The notes under the pieces: generated by a model
Database searches by the model: none
The model's input: only the letters and a program-made list of their open reading frames with translations
What the model was told of the DNA's origin: nothing
Translations under genes and position numbers: made by a program
Assembly: GCA_964016885.1 (NCBI GenBank)
Contig: OZ024760.1
Span: forward strand, 10,292,001 to 10,356,000
Reading direction: 5' to 3'
Source: Eledone cirrhosa
Taxonomy: Eukaryota
DNA: 64,000 nt
Part shown: positions 27,501 to 40,727 of the stretch, in pieces
Layout of the letters: each line of letters opens with the position of its first letter
Position numbering within the stretch: position 1 is the stretch's first letter

Positions 27501-29384
27501 ATTAGTAGTGGTAGTAGTGGTGGTGGTGGAAGAGATGGTGATGGTAGTTGTGGTAGTGCTGGTGACAGTGATGGTAGTGGTGGTGACAGTGATGGTAGTA
27601 GTGGTTATGGTGCTGGTAATAGCCCTAATATAGAATCCCCTATGACTGGGAGTCTGTCTTATTGTGCCCTAAAAGTGCTAAAAATACATAGGGTTTTCTT
27701 AGATAAGTAAAACCCTAGACAAAGTACATTAACTGATCTTTCTGGACCCTTTCTCAGGATTTTCTTTCTTTCCTGTAACTATCTGACCCCTATATCTTAA
27801 ATTATATCAGCTGGTTTAACCCTTCTGGGCCTTTATTAGGGTCTCCCTTATCTCAGGTAACTGACCCCTATATCTTAACTTGTTGTAGTCTAGCTGACCC
27901 CAAATTGAGTGTGTATAGTTCTGTGTATATATAGTTCTGTGTATATATAGTTCTGTGTGTATATAGTTCTGTGTATATATAGTTCTGTGTATATATAGTT
28001 CTGTGTGTATATAGTTCTGTGTGTATATAGTTCTGTGTGTATATAGTTCTGTGTATATATAGTTCTGTGTGTATATAGTTCTGTGTATATATAGTCTGTG
28101 TATATATAGTTCTGTGTATATATAGTTCTGTGTGTATATAGTTCTGTGTATATATAGTTCTGTGTGTATATAGTTCTGTGTATATATAGTTCTGTGTGTG
28201 TGTGTGTATTGCTCTTTGCATGTGTGTATGCGTTAATGTGTGTGTGTGTAAATATGTGTAAATACATGTGAGTGTATATATGTGCAAAAAAGGTGTAAAA
28301 TATATGTGTGTGTGTAAAAATATATGCACGTGTGTGTGTATATATGTATGTGAGTATATATTATGTGTAAATATGTATGGGTGTATGTATATTTATGTGT
28401 AAAAATATATGTATGTGAATATATGTATGTCTAAAAAAATATATATGTGTGTGTGGGTAAAATATATATTTGTAAATATATATATATGTTTGTAAATATA
28501 TATATATATTTGTAAATATATGTATGTGTAAAAATTTATATATGGGTGTGTTAACGAGTGTAAATATATATATGTGTTTGTAAGTATATGTATGCATAAA
28601 AATATATATATGGATGTATTAATGAGTGTGTAAATATATATATATATGTTTGTAAATATATATATGTGTTTGTAAGTATATGTATGCGTAAAAATATATA
28701 TATGGATGTATTAATGAGTGTGTAAATATATATATATATGTGTTTGTAAGTATATGTATGCGTAAAAATATATATATGGATGTATTAATGAGTGTGTAAA
28801 TATATATATATATGTTTGTAAATATATATATGTGTTTGTAAGTATATGTATGCGTAAAAATATATATATGGATGTATTAATGAGTGTGTAAATATATATA
28901 TATATGTTTGTAAATATATATATGTGTTTGTAAGTATATGTATGCGTAAAAATATATATATGGATGTATTAATGAGTGTGTAAATATATATATATATGTT
29001 TGTAAATATATATATGTGTTTGTAAGTATATGTATGCGTAAAAATATATATATGGATGTATTAATGAGTGTGTAAATATATATATATATGTTTGTAAATA
29101 TATATATGTGTTTGTAAGTATATGTATGTGTAAAAATATATATATGGATGTATTAATGAGTGTGTAAATATATATATATATGTTTGTAAATATATATATG
29201 TGTTTGTAAGTATATGTATGCGTAAAAATATATATATGGATGTATTAATGAGTGTGTAAATATATATATATATGTTTGTAAATATATGTATGTGTAAAAA
29301 TTTATATATATGGTGGCATGAATAAAAGCACCCAGTCCATGCTGTAAAGTGGTGCTGGTGTTAGGAAGGGCATCCAACCAGTTT

Positions 29385-29625
29385 AATAAATGGCAAAGTT
29401 ATGAACACAGCAAATAAGAATTGCTACAACTGCGTCAACAGAAATAACGCGCAGTAGAGGAAGACAACGAAAAACATGGGCGGAGGTGGTGAGAGCAGGC
29501 CTCAGATCGGTGAAGCTCACGGTGGAGATGACGAAGGACCGTGACAAGTGGAGAGATGCTGTGCTGAATAGGACCCGTCCCACCCTTACAAGCTGGGGAA
29601 AAGCAGACGTAAAATGATGATGATG
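29385..29625 (+). mobile_element. RTE-like LINE 3' terminus
   Basis: RGRQRKTWAEVVRAGLRSVKLTVEMTKDRDKWRDAVLNRT, short 3'UTR and (TGA)n tail; a shorter copy lies at about 29912-30010. Confidence 0.8.
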
Positions 29626-29637
29626 ATATATATATAC

Positions 29638-29674
<37 letters not shown>

Positions 29675-29687
29675 CATATATACATAT

Positions 29688-29874
29688 AAGGAAATGTGGT
29701 AAGGAACCAGATGGACCATAAAGCACCAGAGTACTCAATACTTAGAGTAGTAGAGTGGGAAATAGGAAAACGTATGACCCCGATGGCAGAGCTGAAGCTG
29801 TTTCGACGGCTATTTCAGTCCAGAAATAGCCGTCGAAACGGCTTGAGCTCTGCCGTCGGGGTCATACCTTTTCC

Positions 29875-29877
<3 letters not shown>
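29688..29877. other. Hairpin element, copy 1
   Basis: About 75-bp leader plus a ~55-bp-stem palindrome, within TA-rich microsatellite. Confidence 0.8.
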
Positions 29878-29908
<31 letters not shown>

Positions 29909-30398
29909 TAAAAGACCGTGACAAGTGGAGAGATGCTGTGCTGAATAGGACCCGTCCAACCCTTGCAAGCAGGGAAAAGCAGACGTAAAATGATGATGAT
30001 GATGATGATGTATATATGTTTGTAAATATATGTATACATAAAAATATATATATGGGTGTATATATATATATATGTGAAATGTATATGTTTGTAAATATAT
30101 GTATGTGTAAAAATATATATATGGATGTATATATGTGTAAAAAATCAATCATTTAATATATATATATATGTATGTGGGTGTGTGTATATATTTATGTATG
30201 TGTGTGTGTGTGTGTATATATTTATGTATGTGTGTATGTGTATATATTTATGTATGTGTGTGTGTATATATTTATGTATGTGTGTGTGTATATATTTATG
30301 TGCATGTGTGTGTGTGTGTATATATTTATGTATGTGTGTGTGTGTGTATATATTTATGTGCATGTCTGTGTGTATATATATATATGTATCTGTGTGTG

Positions 30399-30438
<40 letters not shown>

Positions 30439-30456
30439 TATGTATCTGTGTGCGTG

Positions 30457-30500
<44 letters not shown>

Positions 30501-32589
30501 TATATGTATGCGTGTGTGTGCATATATATATGTATGTGGGTATGTGTATATATATATGTATGTGTGTGTGTGTGTATATATTTATGTATGTGTGCATGTA
30601 TATATATATATATATGTATGTGTGTATATATTTATGTGTATGTATGTGTGTGTGTATATATATATGTATATGTGTGTGTGTGTATATATTTATGTATGTA
30701 TGTATGTGTGAGTGTGTATATATTTATGTGCATGTTGTGTACAATCTTTTTTCTTTCGGATGCATCAGTTGCTGCACTATGCACATGGTATGCACTTGTG
30801 TGCAGCTAGCAGGATAAGCAATTAGCAACGATGCATCTGCTACACGTCAACAGTACTAATATATGTAATTAGTATTCAGGCTTGTAATTTTATGTGTGCA
30901 CCGAAGTGCACTACAGTATGTTTTTTGTGCTGCACATCTCTGCTGTTGTTCTCTGCTTCCGGAGGAGTGTAGAGCGGTGTGCTGCACCATGCAATTAACT
31001 GTGCATGCTTTTGTGACGGTGATGGGAGCCGGCTGTTCGTGAAGTCACTGTGGACACACACACACACACACATACATACATATACACACACATACATACA
31101 CAGACTTACACACATACATACATACAGACTTACACACATACATATATATACAGACTTACACACATACACACATACACACATATACACACACATACATACA
31201 CGCACACACATATATATACAGACTTACACACATACACACATACTTACACACACACATACATACACATAGATATACATACATACACACACACATATATATA
31301 CACAGACTTACACACATACATACACACACACATATATATATATATATACAGACTTACACACATACATATACACACACATATATACAGACTTACACACATA
31401 CACACATACATACACACACACACATATATATATATATATACACACATATATACAGACTTACACACATATACACACACATATACATACATATACATACATA
31501 TACACACATATATACATACATACACACACATATATACAGACTTACACACATACACACATACATACACACACACACATATATATATACAGACTTACACACA
31601 TACACACGCACACACACATACATACACATACATACACATACATATACACACATATATACAGACTTACACACATATATACAGACTTACACACATACACACA
31701 TACTTACACACATACACACATATATACACACACAGACACAGACACACACGCACACATACACTTACACACACATACAGACACTTTCACACACATACATAGA
31801 CACTTACACACACACATACTTACACATACACACACACACATGCACCATGCATACACAAACATATGCATACACACATATATATACACACACTCAGACACAT
31901 GCACAAACATATACAGATACAGACAGACCGACACAAACATATACACTGACGCATACGTATATACACACACGTGTGTATATGCCACAATAAAATGCTCCCA
32001 GTACACTCTGTAATGTGGCTGGTGTTAGGAAAGGCATCCAACTGCAGAACCCTTGCCAAATAGTCCTTGGATGGTAACACACTGACCAGTCCAACCCATG
32101 CTGGACATGGTCCTTGGATAGTAACACTGACCAGTCCAACCCATGCTAAATATGGAACATATAAGGTGGTCATAGTCCTTGGATGGTAACACACTGACCA
32201 GTCCAACCCATGCTGGACATGGTCCTTGGATAGTAACACTGACCAGTCCAACCCATGCTGGACATGAGTACTCACTGTAAATGAGGTTGGTGTTAGGAAG
32301 GGCATCCAGCTGTAGAAATCAAGCCAGAATCAGTTCCCGTCCCACCCTTGCAAGCAGGGAAAAGCGGACGTAAAATGATGATGATGATGATATATATATA
32401 TATATATATGTGTAAATATACATGTATCACCATCATCATTGTTTAATGTCCACATAATCCTCATCATCGTTTAATGTCTATTTTACATGGGTTAGACTGG
32501 TTAGGGTTCCATTGTTCCATTTGAGGCAAGTTGGGTTGGGTGACCGTCTATTGCATATAATATATATATATATATATAGATATATAACG

Positions 32590-32782
32590 AAGGAAATGTG
32601 GTAAGGAACCAGATGGACCATAACGCACCAAAGTACTCAATACTTAGGGTAGTAGAGTGGGTAATAGGAACGAGTAGGACCCCGACGGCTGAGCTCAAGC
32701 CGTTTCGACGGCTAATTCTGGACTCCAGAATTAGCTGTCAAAACGGCTTGAGCTCAGCCGTCGGGGTCCTACTCGTTCCTAT
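32590..32782. other. Hairpin element, copy 2
   Basis: Homologous to 29688-29877, same orientation, within (TA)n. Confidence 0.8.
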
Positions 32783-33089
32783 ATATATATATATATATAT
32801 ATAATTGGTGTTGGATGCTTAAAGCGTCCATATGCGGTAGGCCGTTTGTGCACTCGATGCTCTCATAGAGCAGAGTATGATATCACAGAAAAAAATTTGC
32901 TTCGTAGAATCATGACATATCTGAGGACCTTGCGATTTTCAGAGTCAGGTTCGATCATCACATCGATCGTGCCTCGAGCTGGTTGCCAGAGAAACGATTG
33001 TAATATGTCCAATAAATTCTATTCGTTGCAACATTGATTCTCTTTTTTTCTGTGATATATATATATGTGTATGTATATATATATATATC

Positions 33090-33473
33090 TTTTCGCCTTA
33101 ACTCTCCTGCTCTGAGCCGGTGCTACAGTAAAGCCAGAGTCCTGGTGTTTCTCCAGTGCAAGGCGCATACAATAGTCCACTACGATGATAAAAAGGTAGG
33201 GAGCCAATGTATCTCCCTGGAGCACTCCAGCCAGTATCTCAAAGAACTCTGTCATCCCATCAGGTGTAATGACTTGGGCTTTGGTGTTGGTGTAGAGCAG
33301 TGATATCAGGTCCACTATCCTCTTGAAGAAGAGGAAGACCAAGGTTAACGTATGTTGATGCCCTAAGGACAGACACTGGTCTGTTGGAGACGCAGGACAT
33401 GGCAGCGATAATGAGTGACAGAGACCGCTGGAGAGAACTCGTCCATGGATCTCGGGAATTTTACCCGCCTTAG
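33090..33473. mobile_element. LINE insertion: RT core on - strand joined to 3' end on + strand
   Basis: Minus 33325-33090: GVLQGDTLAPYLFIIVVDYCMR. Plus 33327-33473: RRGRPRLTYVDALRTDTGL...MSDRDRWRELV*. Confidence 0.8.
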
Positions 33474-34680
33474 ATATATATATTTTATATAGGAACGATC
33501 GACTTTCGTCAAATCGGACCGAGGGAACAATGTTTCCGTTGGTCTTTCCAATTGCTAATACTATCTATCGGTCGCAACTCCAGGTAGAAGGAGCAACGTG
33601 AAATAAAGTGTCTTGCTCAAGGACATAACGCATTTTTGGCACAAGGCCAGCAATTACCCAGTGCATTACTGGTACTTTATTTTATCGACCCCGTAAGGAT
33701 GAAAGGAAAAGTTAACCTCGGCGGGATTTGAACTCAGAATGGCAAGGGCCGTAACTATGCGTCAAAGTATGGCGTCCGACCCTCTACCGATACTGCCAAG
33801 ATGATTATATATATTTTGAGTGACAAACGGCACATCAATAAACTAGTAACCCCATCTAGCTTTGAGGTTGTGAACTGTTGGAAAGGAGTTCATAATTTAG
33901 AATTTATGAACTTTTGGAAATGAGTTGAAATATGTTAGGACGAGTTATATCAACTCCGGCACTGAAGAGGTTAAATATAAGGACCCATGTTTTAACTTGT
34001 TTATTATCATATTTTTAATCAAATACACGGTATTTCAATGTGGTTGTTGTGGTGGTAGAGGCAGTGAGTGATGGTGAATAGTGGTGGTGATGGTGGTGTT
34101 GATGTGGAGGTGTGTAGTGGAAGTGGTGGTGGTAATGTGGAGGTGTGTAGTGGAAGTGGTGGTGGTGGAGATGGAGGTAGTGAAGGTGGTGGAGGTGTGT
34201 AGTGGAAGTGGTGATAGTAGTGGTGGTGGAGATGGTGGTGGTGGTGGTGAAGGTGTGAAGTGATGGTGGTGGTGGTGGTAGTGGTGGTGGAGATGGTGGT
34301 GGTGGTGGTGAAGGTGTGAAGTGATGGTGGTGGTGGTGGTGGTAGTGGTGGTGGAGATGGTGATCGTGGTGGTGGTGGTGGAGGAGATGGTGGTGGTGGT
34401 TCAGGTGTGAAGTGGTGATAGTGATGGTGGAGATGGTGATAGTGGTGGTGGTGGTGAAGGAGATGGTGGTAGTGGTGGTGGTGGAGATGGTGGTGAAGGA
34501 GATGGTGGTAGTGGTGGTGGTGGTGGAAGAGATGGTGGTGGTAGTGGAAGTGATGATAGTGAGTTATGAGTCATCCTTAAACACTGACCTCTCCAGTTGA
34601 GTCATCCCACATTTCCAAACAACAGTAGGGATTTCTTAAGGGGTTGGTTTGTGATGGGATTCTTTCACAGGGAACAACTG

Positions 34681-36120
34681 GTTGGTTGGTTGGCTGGTTG
34701 GTGGGTTGGTTAGTAGGTTGGTTGGTTGGTTGGTAGGTTGGTTGGTGGGTGGGTTGGTGGGCTGGTTGGTTGGTTGACTGGTTGACTGGTTGGTTGGTTA
34801 GTTAGTAGGTTGGTTGGCTGGTTGGTTGGTTAGTTGGTTGACTGGTTGGTTGGTTAGTTAGTAGGTTGGTTGGCTGGTTGGTTGGTTGGTTGGTTGACTG
34901 GTTGGTTGGTTAGTTAGTAGGTTGGTTGGCTGGTTGGTTGGTTAGTTAGTAGGTTGGTTGGTTGGTTGGTAGGTTGGTTGGTGGGTGGGTTGGTGGGCTG
35001 GTTGGTTGGTTGACTGGTTGACTGGTTGGTTGGTTAGTTAGTAGGTTGGTTGGCTGGTTGGTTGGTTAGTTGGTTGACTGGTTGGTTGGTTAGTTAGTAG
35101 GTTGGTTGGCTGGTTGGTTGGTTGGTTGGTTGACTGGTTGGTTGGTTAGTTAGTAGGTTGGTTGGCTGGTTGGTTGGTTAGTTAGTAGGTTGGTTGGTTG
35201 GTTGGTAGGTTGGTTGGTGGGTGGGTTGGTGGGCTGGTTGGTTGGTTGACTGGTTGACTGGTTGGTTGGTTAGTTAGTAGGTTGGTTGGCTGGTTGGTTG
35301 GTTAGTTGGTTGACTGGTTGGTTGGTTAGTTAGTAGGTTGGTTGGCTGGTTGGTTGGTTGGTTGGTTGACTGGTTGGTTGGTTAGTTAGTAGGTTGGTTG
35401 GCTGGTTGGTTGGTTGGTTGGTTGGTTGACTGGTTGGTTGGTTAGTTAGTAGGTTGGTTGGCTGGTTGGTTGGTTGGTTGGTTGGTTGACTGGTTGGTTG
35501 GTTAGTTAGTAGGCTGGTTGGTTGGTTGGTTGGTTGGTCAGTTAGTAGGTTGGTGGGCTGGTTGGTTGGTTAGTTAGTAGGTTGGTTGGCTGGTTGGTTG
35601 GTTAGTAGGTTGGTTGGCTGGTTGGTTGGTTGGTTGACTGGTTGGTTGGTTAGTTAGTAGGTTGGTTGGCTGGTTGGTTGGTTGGTTAGTAGGTTGGTTG
35701 GCTGGTTGGTTGGTTGGTTGACTGGTTGGTTGGTTAGTTAGTAGGTTGGTTGGCTGGTTGGTTGGTTGGTTGGTTGACTGGTTGGTTGGTTGGTTAGTAG
35801 GTTGGTTGGCTGGTTGGTTGGTTGGTTGGTTGACTGGTTGGTTGGTTAGTTAGTAGGTTGGTTGGCTGGTTGGTTGGTTGGTTAGTAGGTTGGTTGGCTG
35901 GTTGGTTGGTTGGTTGGTTGACTGGTTGGTTGGTTAGTTAGTAGGCTGGTTGGTTGGTTGGTTGGTTAGTTAGTAGGTTGGTGGGCTGGTTGGTTGGTTG
36001 GTTGGTTGACTGGTTGGTTGGTTAGTTAGTAGGTTGGTTGGCTGGTTGGTTGGTTGGTTGGTTGGTAGGTTGGTTGGCTGGTTGGTTGGTTGGTTGGTTG
36101 ACTGGTTGGTTGGTTGGTTG
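34681..36120. repeat. (TGGT)n array with a 236-bp higher-order period at its start
   Basis: Marker gtgggtgggttggtgggc at 34745, 34981 and 35217. Confidence 0.9.
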
Positions 36121-36464
36121 GAGTCATTAAAATAAGTGTATTTTGAACACTGAAAATAAAACAGAAGTCAGATATAGGTTGTTAAGAACACTTCATTGTT
36201 TTACGATCATTTCAGAGGGATGATTGGTCATGGTAAGTTGCATGATTGAACAGCAGAAATGTTTATATAAAATATAACTAAGTTCCACTTTAAAATGTTT
36301 TTATTGTATATCAACCATTACATATGTTTCATAGATGAATCGTTCAAAGTCTTCATTAATGTGATAGACCCAAATCTCCTCCTCAGACATGTGGACTCAG
36401 AAGACCTTGAGCCACTTATCTGTAAAACATATGGAATGGTGAATATACAATAAAAACATTTTAA

Positions 36465-36819
36465 CCCTTTAGTATTTACATTATTCTATATATTGCCATT
36501 CTGAGTTCAAATCCCGCCGAGGTTAACTTTGCCTTTCATCCTTACGGGGTCGATAAAATAAAGTACCAGTAATACACTGGGAAATTGCTGGCCTTGTGCC
36601 AAAAGTAGAAACAATTATTCTATATATACTATTGTATTTTCGTGGTAAAGGCTTTATCTTACATAATTATCTCACATAATATTGAATCTATGAGATTTTG
36701 ATATTATTTATTTTGAGAACAATACCTTAACATCAGTATGAGTGGCCAGTTACAGCCAGTTTGAACAGAAAGAGGTGAGAGAATTCTGGCAGGATGCGAC
36801 CGGTTTAAATGCTAAAGGG
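36465..36819. mobile_element. piggyBac-type MITE interrupted by a SINE A
   Basis: TTAA-CCCTTTAG...CTAAAGGG-TTAA; the SINE at 36494-36613 is flanked by the 14-bp TSD attattctatatat. Confidence 0.8.
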
Positions 36820-37017
36820 TTAAAGTGAAACTCTGTTGTATCATACTTAATACACCCCCCTCCCACACACACAAACACCCTCCCACACACACAAACACAT
36901 ATACACACACATGTATGAAATTGTTTACTAAGTACTTCTTTCTCTTTTTTTCAGTGTCCCCTCCCCTCATACAGAAAAGGTGACTGTGGCCCTTCCATCT
37001 CACCCCAAAACCCCATC

Positions 37018-37119
37018 ATGCCGTTTTTTAATGTTTTGGGGGTGAATATAAACTTCCCCTTCCAGGCGTACAAGACCCAGGAGGATTACATGGAGAAAGT
37101 CATCACATGCCTACAGACG
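37018..37119 (+). CDS. RTEL1: RTEL1 coding exon 1 (exon probably begins at 36955 with 5'UTR)
   Basis: ATG at 37018; MPFFNVLGVNINFPFQAYKTQEDYMEKVITCLQT resembles the RTEL1 N-terminus (FPF-x-Y-x-x-Q Q motif); 102 nt; donor GTGAGT at 37120; polypyrimidine tract + CAG acceptor ending 36954. Confidence 0.93.
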
Positions 37120-37774
37120 GTGAGTAGTGTTGCTGTTGTTTAGCCCCAGATCAAGCAGAATTACGATTAAATGTATTCCAGATATGACCACCCTGTCTTT
37201 TTGTTCTATATCTAGGACTATATTGTCTGCACCATTTCCTTTCTAACCATTTAGCATTTAAACTAGCCATATCCGGCCAGAATTCTCTCTCTTCTTTCTG
37301 TTCAAACCGGCTGTAACTGGCCAATCATACTGATGTTAAGGTATTGTTCTCAAAATAAATATCATCAAAATCTCATAGATTCACTATTATGTGAGATAAA
37401 GTCTTTACCTCAAAAATACAATAGTATATGTAAACGTGGTTGGTGTTAGGAAGGGCATCCAGCCGTAGAAAACCTGCCAGACAGTCCTATACGAGCGAGA
37501 CACAGTTACCTGACCAATGTTGCTTCAAGTGGGACAATTCCCGTCTAACCCATGCTAGCGTGGAAGATAGACGTTAAACGATGATGATAGTAAGTAAATG
37601 ATAAAGAGTTAAGAGATGTCACTTATATCTAGCATGTCAGGTGATGGTATTAACACCGCCTCATTGGCTGCTTTTGTTGTTGACATGGTAATGACCTTCG
37701 CATTAAAACGTCATAGACAATGGTATTTATATGGTGTAGGTAGTCAGCAGAATAACAAGGTACAACCTACAGAT

Positions 37775-38095
37775 ATATAGTAATGAAAGGGTTAATGACA
37801 TAGACAGTGTCTTTCATTAGAAATATGGTAATGAAAGGGTTAATGACATAGACAGTGTCTTACATTAGAAATATGGTAATGAAAGGGTTAATGACATAGA
37901 CAGTGTCTTTCATTAGAAATATGGTAATGAAAGGGTTAATGGCATAGACAGTGTCTTTCATTAGAAATATGGTAATGAAAGGGTTAATGGCATAGACAGT
38001 GTCTTTCATTAGAAATATGGTAATGAAAGGGTTAATGACATAGACAGTGTCTTTCATTAGAAATATGGTAATGAAAGGGTTAATCTTTCATTAGA
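37775..38095. repeat. 48-bp minisatellite, ~6.5 copies
   Basis: atggtaatgaaagggttaatgacatagacagtgtctttcattagaaat with internal inverted repeat taatgaaag/ctttcatta. Confidence 0.9.
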
Positions 38096-38168
38096 ATTAA
38101 AATGGTTAATGACATAGGTAGTGTTTTTTTAATAATTAAAAGGGTTAACTACTATTTTTTCCCCACAG

Positions 38169-38379
38169 AATCAGAATGGTGTCTTGGAGAGCCCCACAGG
38201 CACTGGTAAAACCCTGTGTCTTTTGTGTGCAACCCTCGCATGGCTGCAGGACTACAAAGCAATGGTTGCCCTAAAGAAACAAGTTGCTGGTGAAGGTGTC
38301 ACAAATACTGAAGGTGTCACTTTGAATTCCTTATTGTCAACAGCTAGTGGCGCCACATGGGGAGAAGGGCAGCAACTCT
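38169..38379 (+). CDS. RTEL1: RTEL1 coding exon 2 (Walker A)
   Basis: Acceptor ttttccccacag; [25 protein letters not shown]...GEGQQL; donor GTATGT at 38380, phase 1, matching the next exon. Confidence 0.95.
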
Positions 38380-38859
38380 GTATGTATTACATATTTACTC
38401 CTAGTTTTTATGTTATCCCTTTCTCTTGGTGGTATGGATGGTTGTGGTGCGGATGGTTGTGATGGTGTTGGTTATGTGGATGGTGGTGATGTTGATGGTT
38501 GTGTTGATGGTATTGATGAATCTGATAGTAATGATATTGATGGTGTTGGTGTGGATGGGGATGGTGGAGCTGGTGGTGGTGATGGTGGAGGTGTGGATGG
38601 TATTTGTGGTGGTGTTGGTGTGGATGGGGATGGTGGAGCTGGTGGTGGTGATGGTGGAGGTGTGGATGGTATTTGTGGTGGTGTTGGTGTGGATGGGGAT
38701 GGTGGAGCTGGTGGTGGTGATGGTGGAGGTGTGGATGGTATTTGTGGTGGTGTTGGTGTGGATGTGTAATGGTATGGTCTCTGTATGGTGGATATGTCAA
38801 TATGTTGATGTTCTCCTTGTGTTGATATGTTTGTTAGTGTGCTGCATATGATAATGATA

Positions 38860-40230
38860 TGTGTTGGTGGTATGGACGTGTTGGTGGTATGGACCTGTTG
38901 GTGGTATGGACCTGTTGGTGGTATGGACCTGTTGGTGGTATGGACGTGTTGGTGGTATGGACCTGTTGGTGGTATGGACGTGTTGGTGGTATGGACGTGT
39001 TGGTGGTATGGACGTGTTGGTGGTATGGACGTGTTGGTGGTATGGACGTGTTGGTGGTATGGACGTGTTGGTGGTATGGACGTGTTGGTGGTATGGACCT
39101 GTTGGTGGTATGGACCTGTTGGTGGTATGGACCTGTTGGTGGTATGGACGTGTTGGTGGTATGGACGTGTTGGTGGTATGGACCTGTTGGTGGTATGGAC
39201 GTGTTGGTGGTATGGACCTGTTGGTGGTATGGACGTGTTGGTGGTATGGACGTGTTGGTGGTATGGACGTGTTGGTGGTATGGACCTGTTGGTGGTATGG
39301 ACGTGTTGGTGGTATGGACGTGTTGGTGGTATGGACGTGTTGGTGGTATGGACGTGTTGGTGGTATGGACGTGTTGGTGGTATGGACCTGTTGGTGGTAT
39401 GGACCTGTTGGTGGTATGGACGTGTTGGTGGTATGGACCTGTTGGTGGTATGGACCTGTTGGTGGTATGGACCTGTTGGTGGTATGGACGTGTTGGTGGT
39501 ATGGACGTGTTGGTGGTATGGACGTGTTGGTGGTATGGACCTGTTGGTGGTATGGACCTGTTGGTGGTATGGACGTGTTGGTGGTATGGACGTGTTGGTG
39601 GTATGGACCTGTTGGTGGTATGGACCTGTTGGTGGTATGGACGTGTTGGTGGTATGGACCTGTTGGTGGTATGGACCTGTTGGTGGTATGGACCTGTTGG
39701 TGGTATGGACCTGTTGGTGGTATGGACGTGTTGGTGGTATGGACGTGTTGGTGGTATGGACGTGTTGGTGGTATGGACGTGTTGGTGGTATGGACGTGTT
39801 GGTGGTATGGACCTGTTGGTGGTATGGACCTGTTGGTGGTATGGACGTGTTGGTGGTATGGACGTGTTGGTGGTATGGACGTGTTGGTGGTATGGACGTG
39901 TTGGTGGTATGGACGTGTTGGTGGTATGGACCTGTTGGTGGTATGGACCTGTTGGTGGTATGGACCTGTTGGTGGTATGGACGTGTTGGTGGTATGGACG
40001 TGTTGGTGGTATGGACGTGTTGGTGGTATGGACCTGTTGGTGGTATGGACGTGTTGGTGGTATGGACGTGTTGGTGGTATGGACGTGTTGGTGGTATGGA
40101 CGTGTTGGTGGTATGGACGTGTTGGTGGTATGGACGTGTTGGTGGTATGGACCTGTTGGTGGTATGGACCTGTTGGTGGTATGGACCTGTTGGTGGTATG
40201 GACCTGTTGGTGGTATGGACGTGTTGGTGG
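38860..40230. repeat. 17-bp minisatellite, ~80 copies, two variants
   Basis: tgttggtggtatggac[C/G]. Confidence 0.95.
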
Positions 40231-40727
40231 TTGTTGATAATTATATTATCAACTTCAATAATATAATTAACATGAATAATACAATTATCAACATCAATAA
40301 TACAATTATCGACATCAACAATACATTTATCAACATTAATAATATAATTATCAACAATAAATAATAGAATTATCAACATAAATAATAGAATTATCAAATC
40401 AACAATACAATTATCAACATCGACAATACAATTATCAACATAAATAATACAATTATCAAATCAACAATACAATTATCGACATCAACAATACATTTATCAA
40501 CATTAATAATATAATTATCAACAATAAATAATAGAATTATCAACATAAATAATACAATTATCAAATCAACAATACAATTATCAACATCGACAATACAATT
40601 ATCAACATCAATAATACAATTATCAACAGCAATAATGCAATTATCAACATTAATAATACAATTATCAGCATTATTAATACCATTATCAACATTAATAATA
40701 CAATTATCAACATTATTTATATTTCAG

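Noticed and set aside
38472-40397. 458-641-aa ORFs on both strands
   Set aside because: Artefact of a stop-free 17-bp unit.
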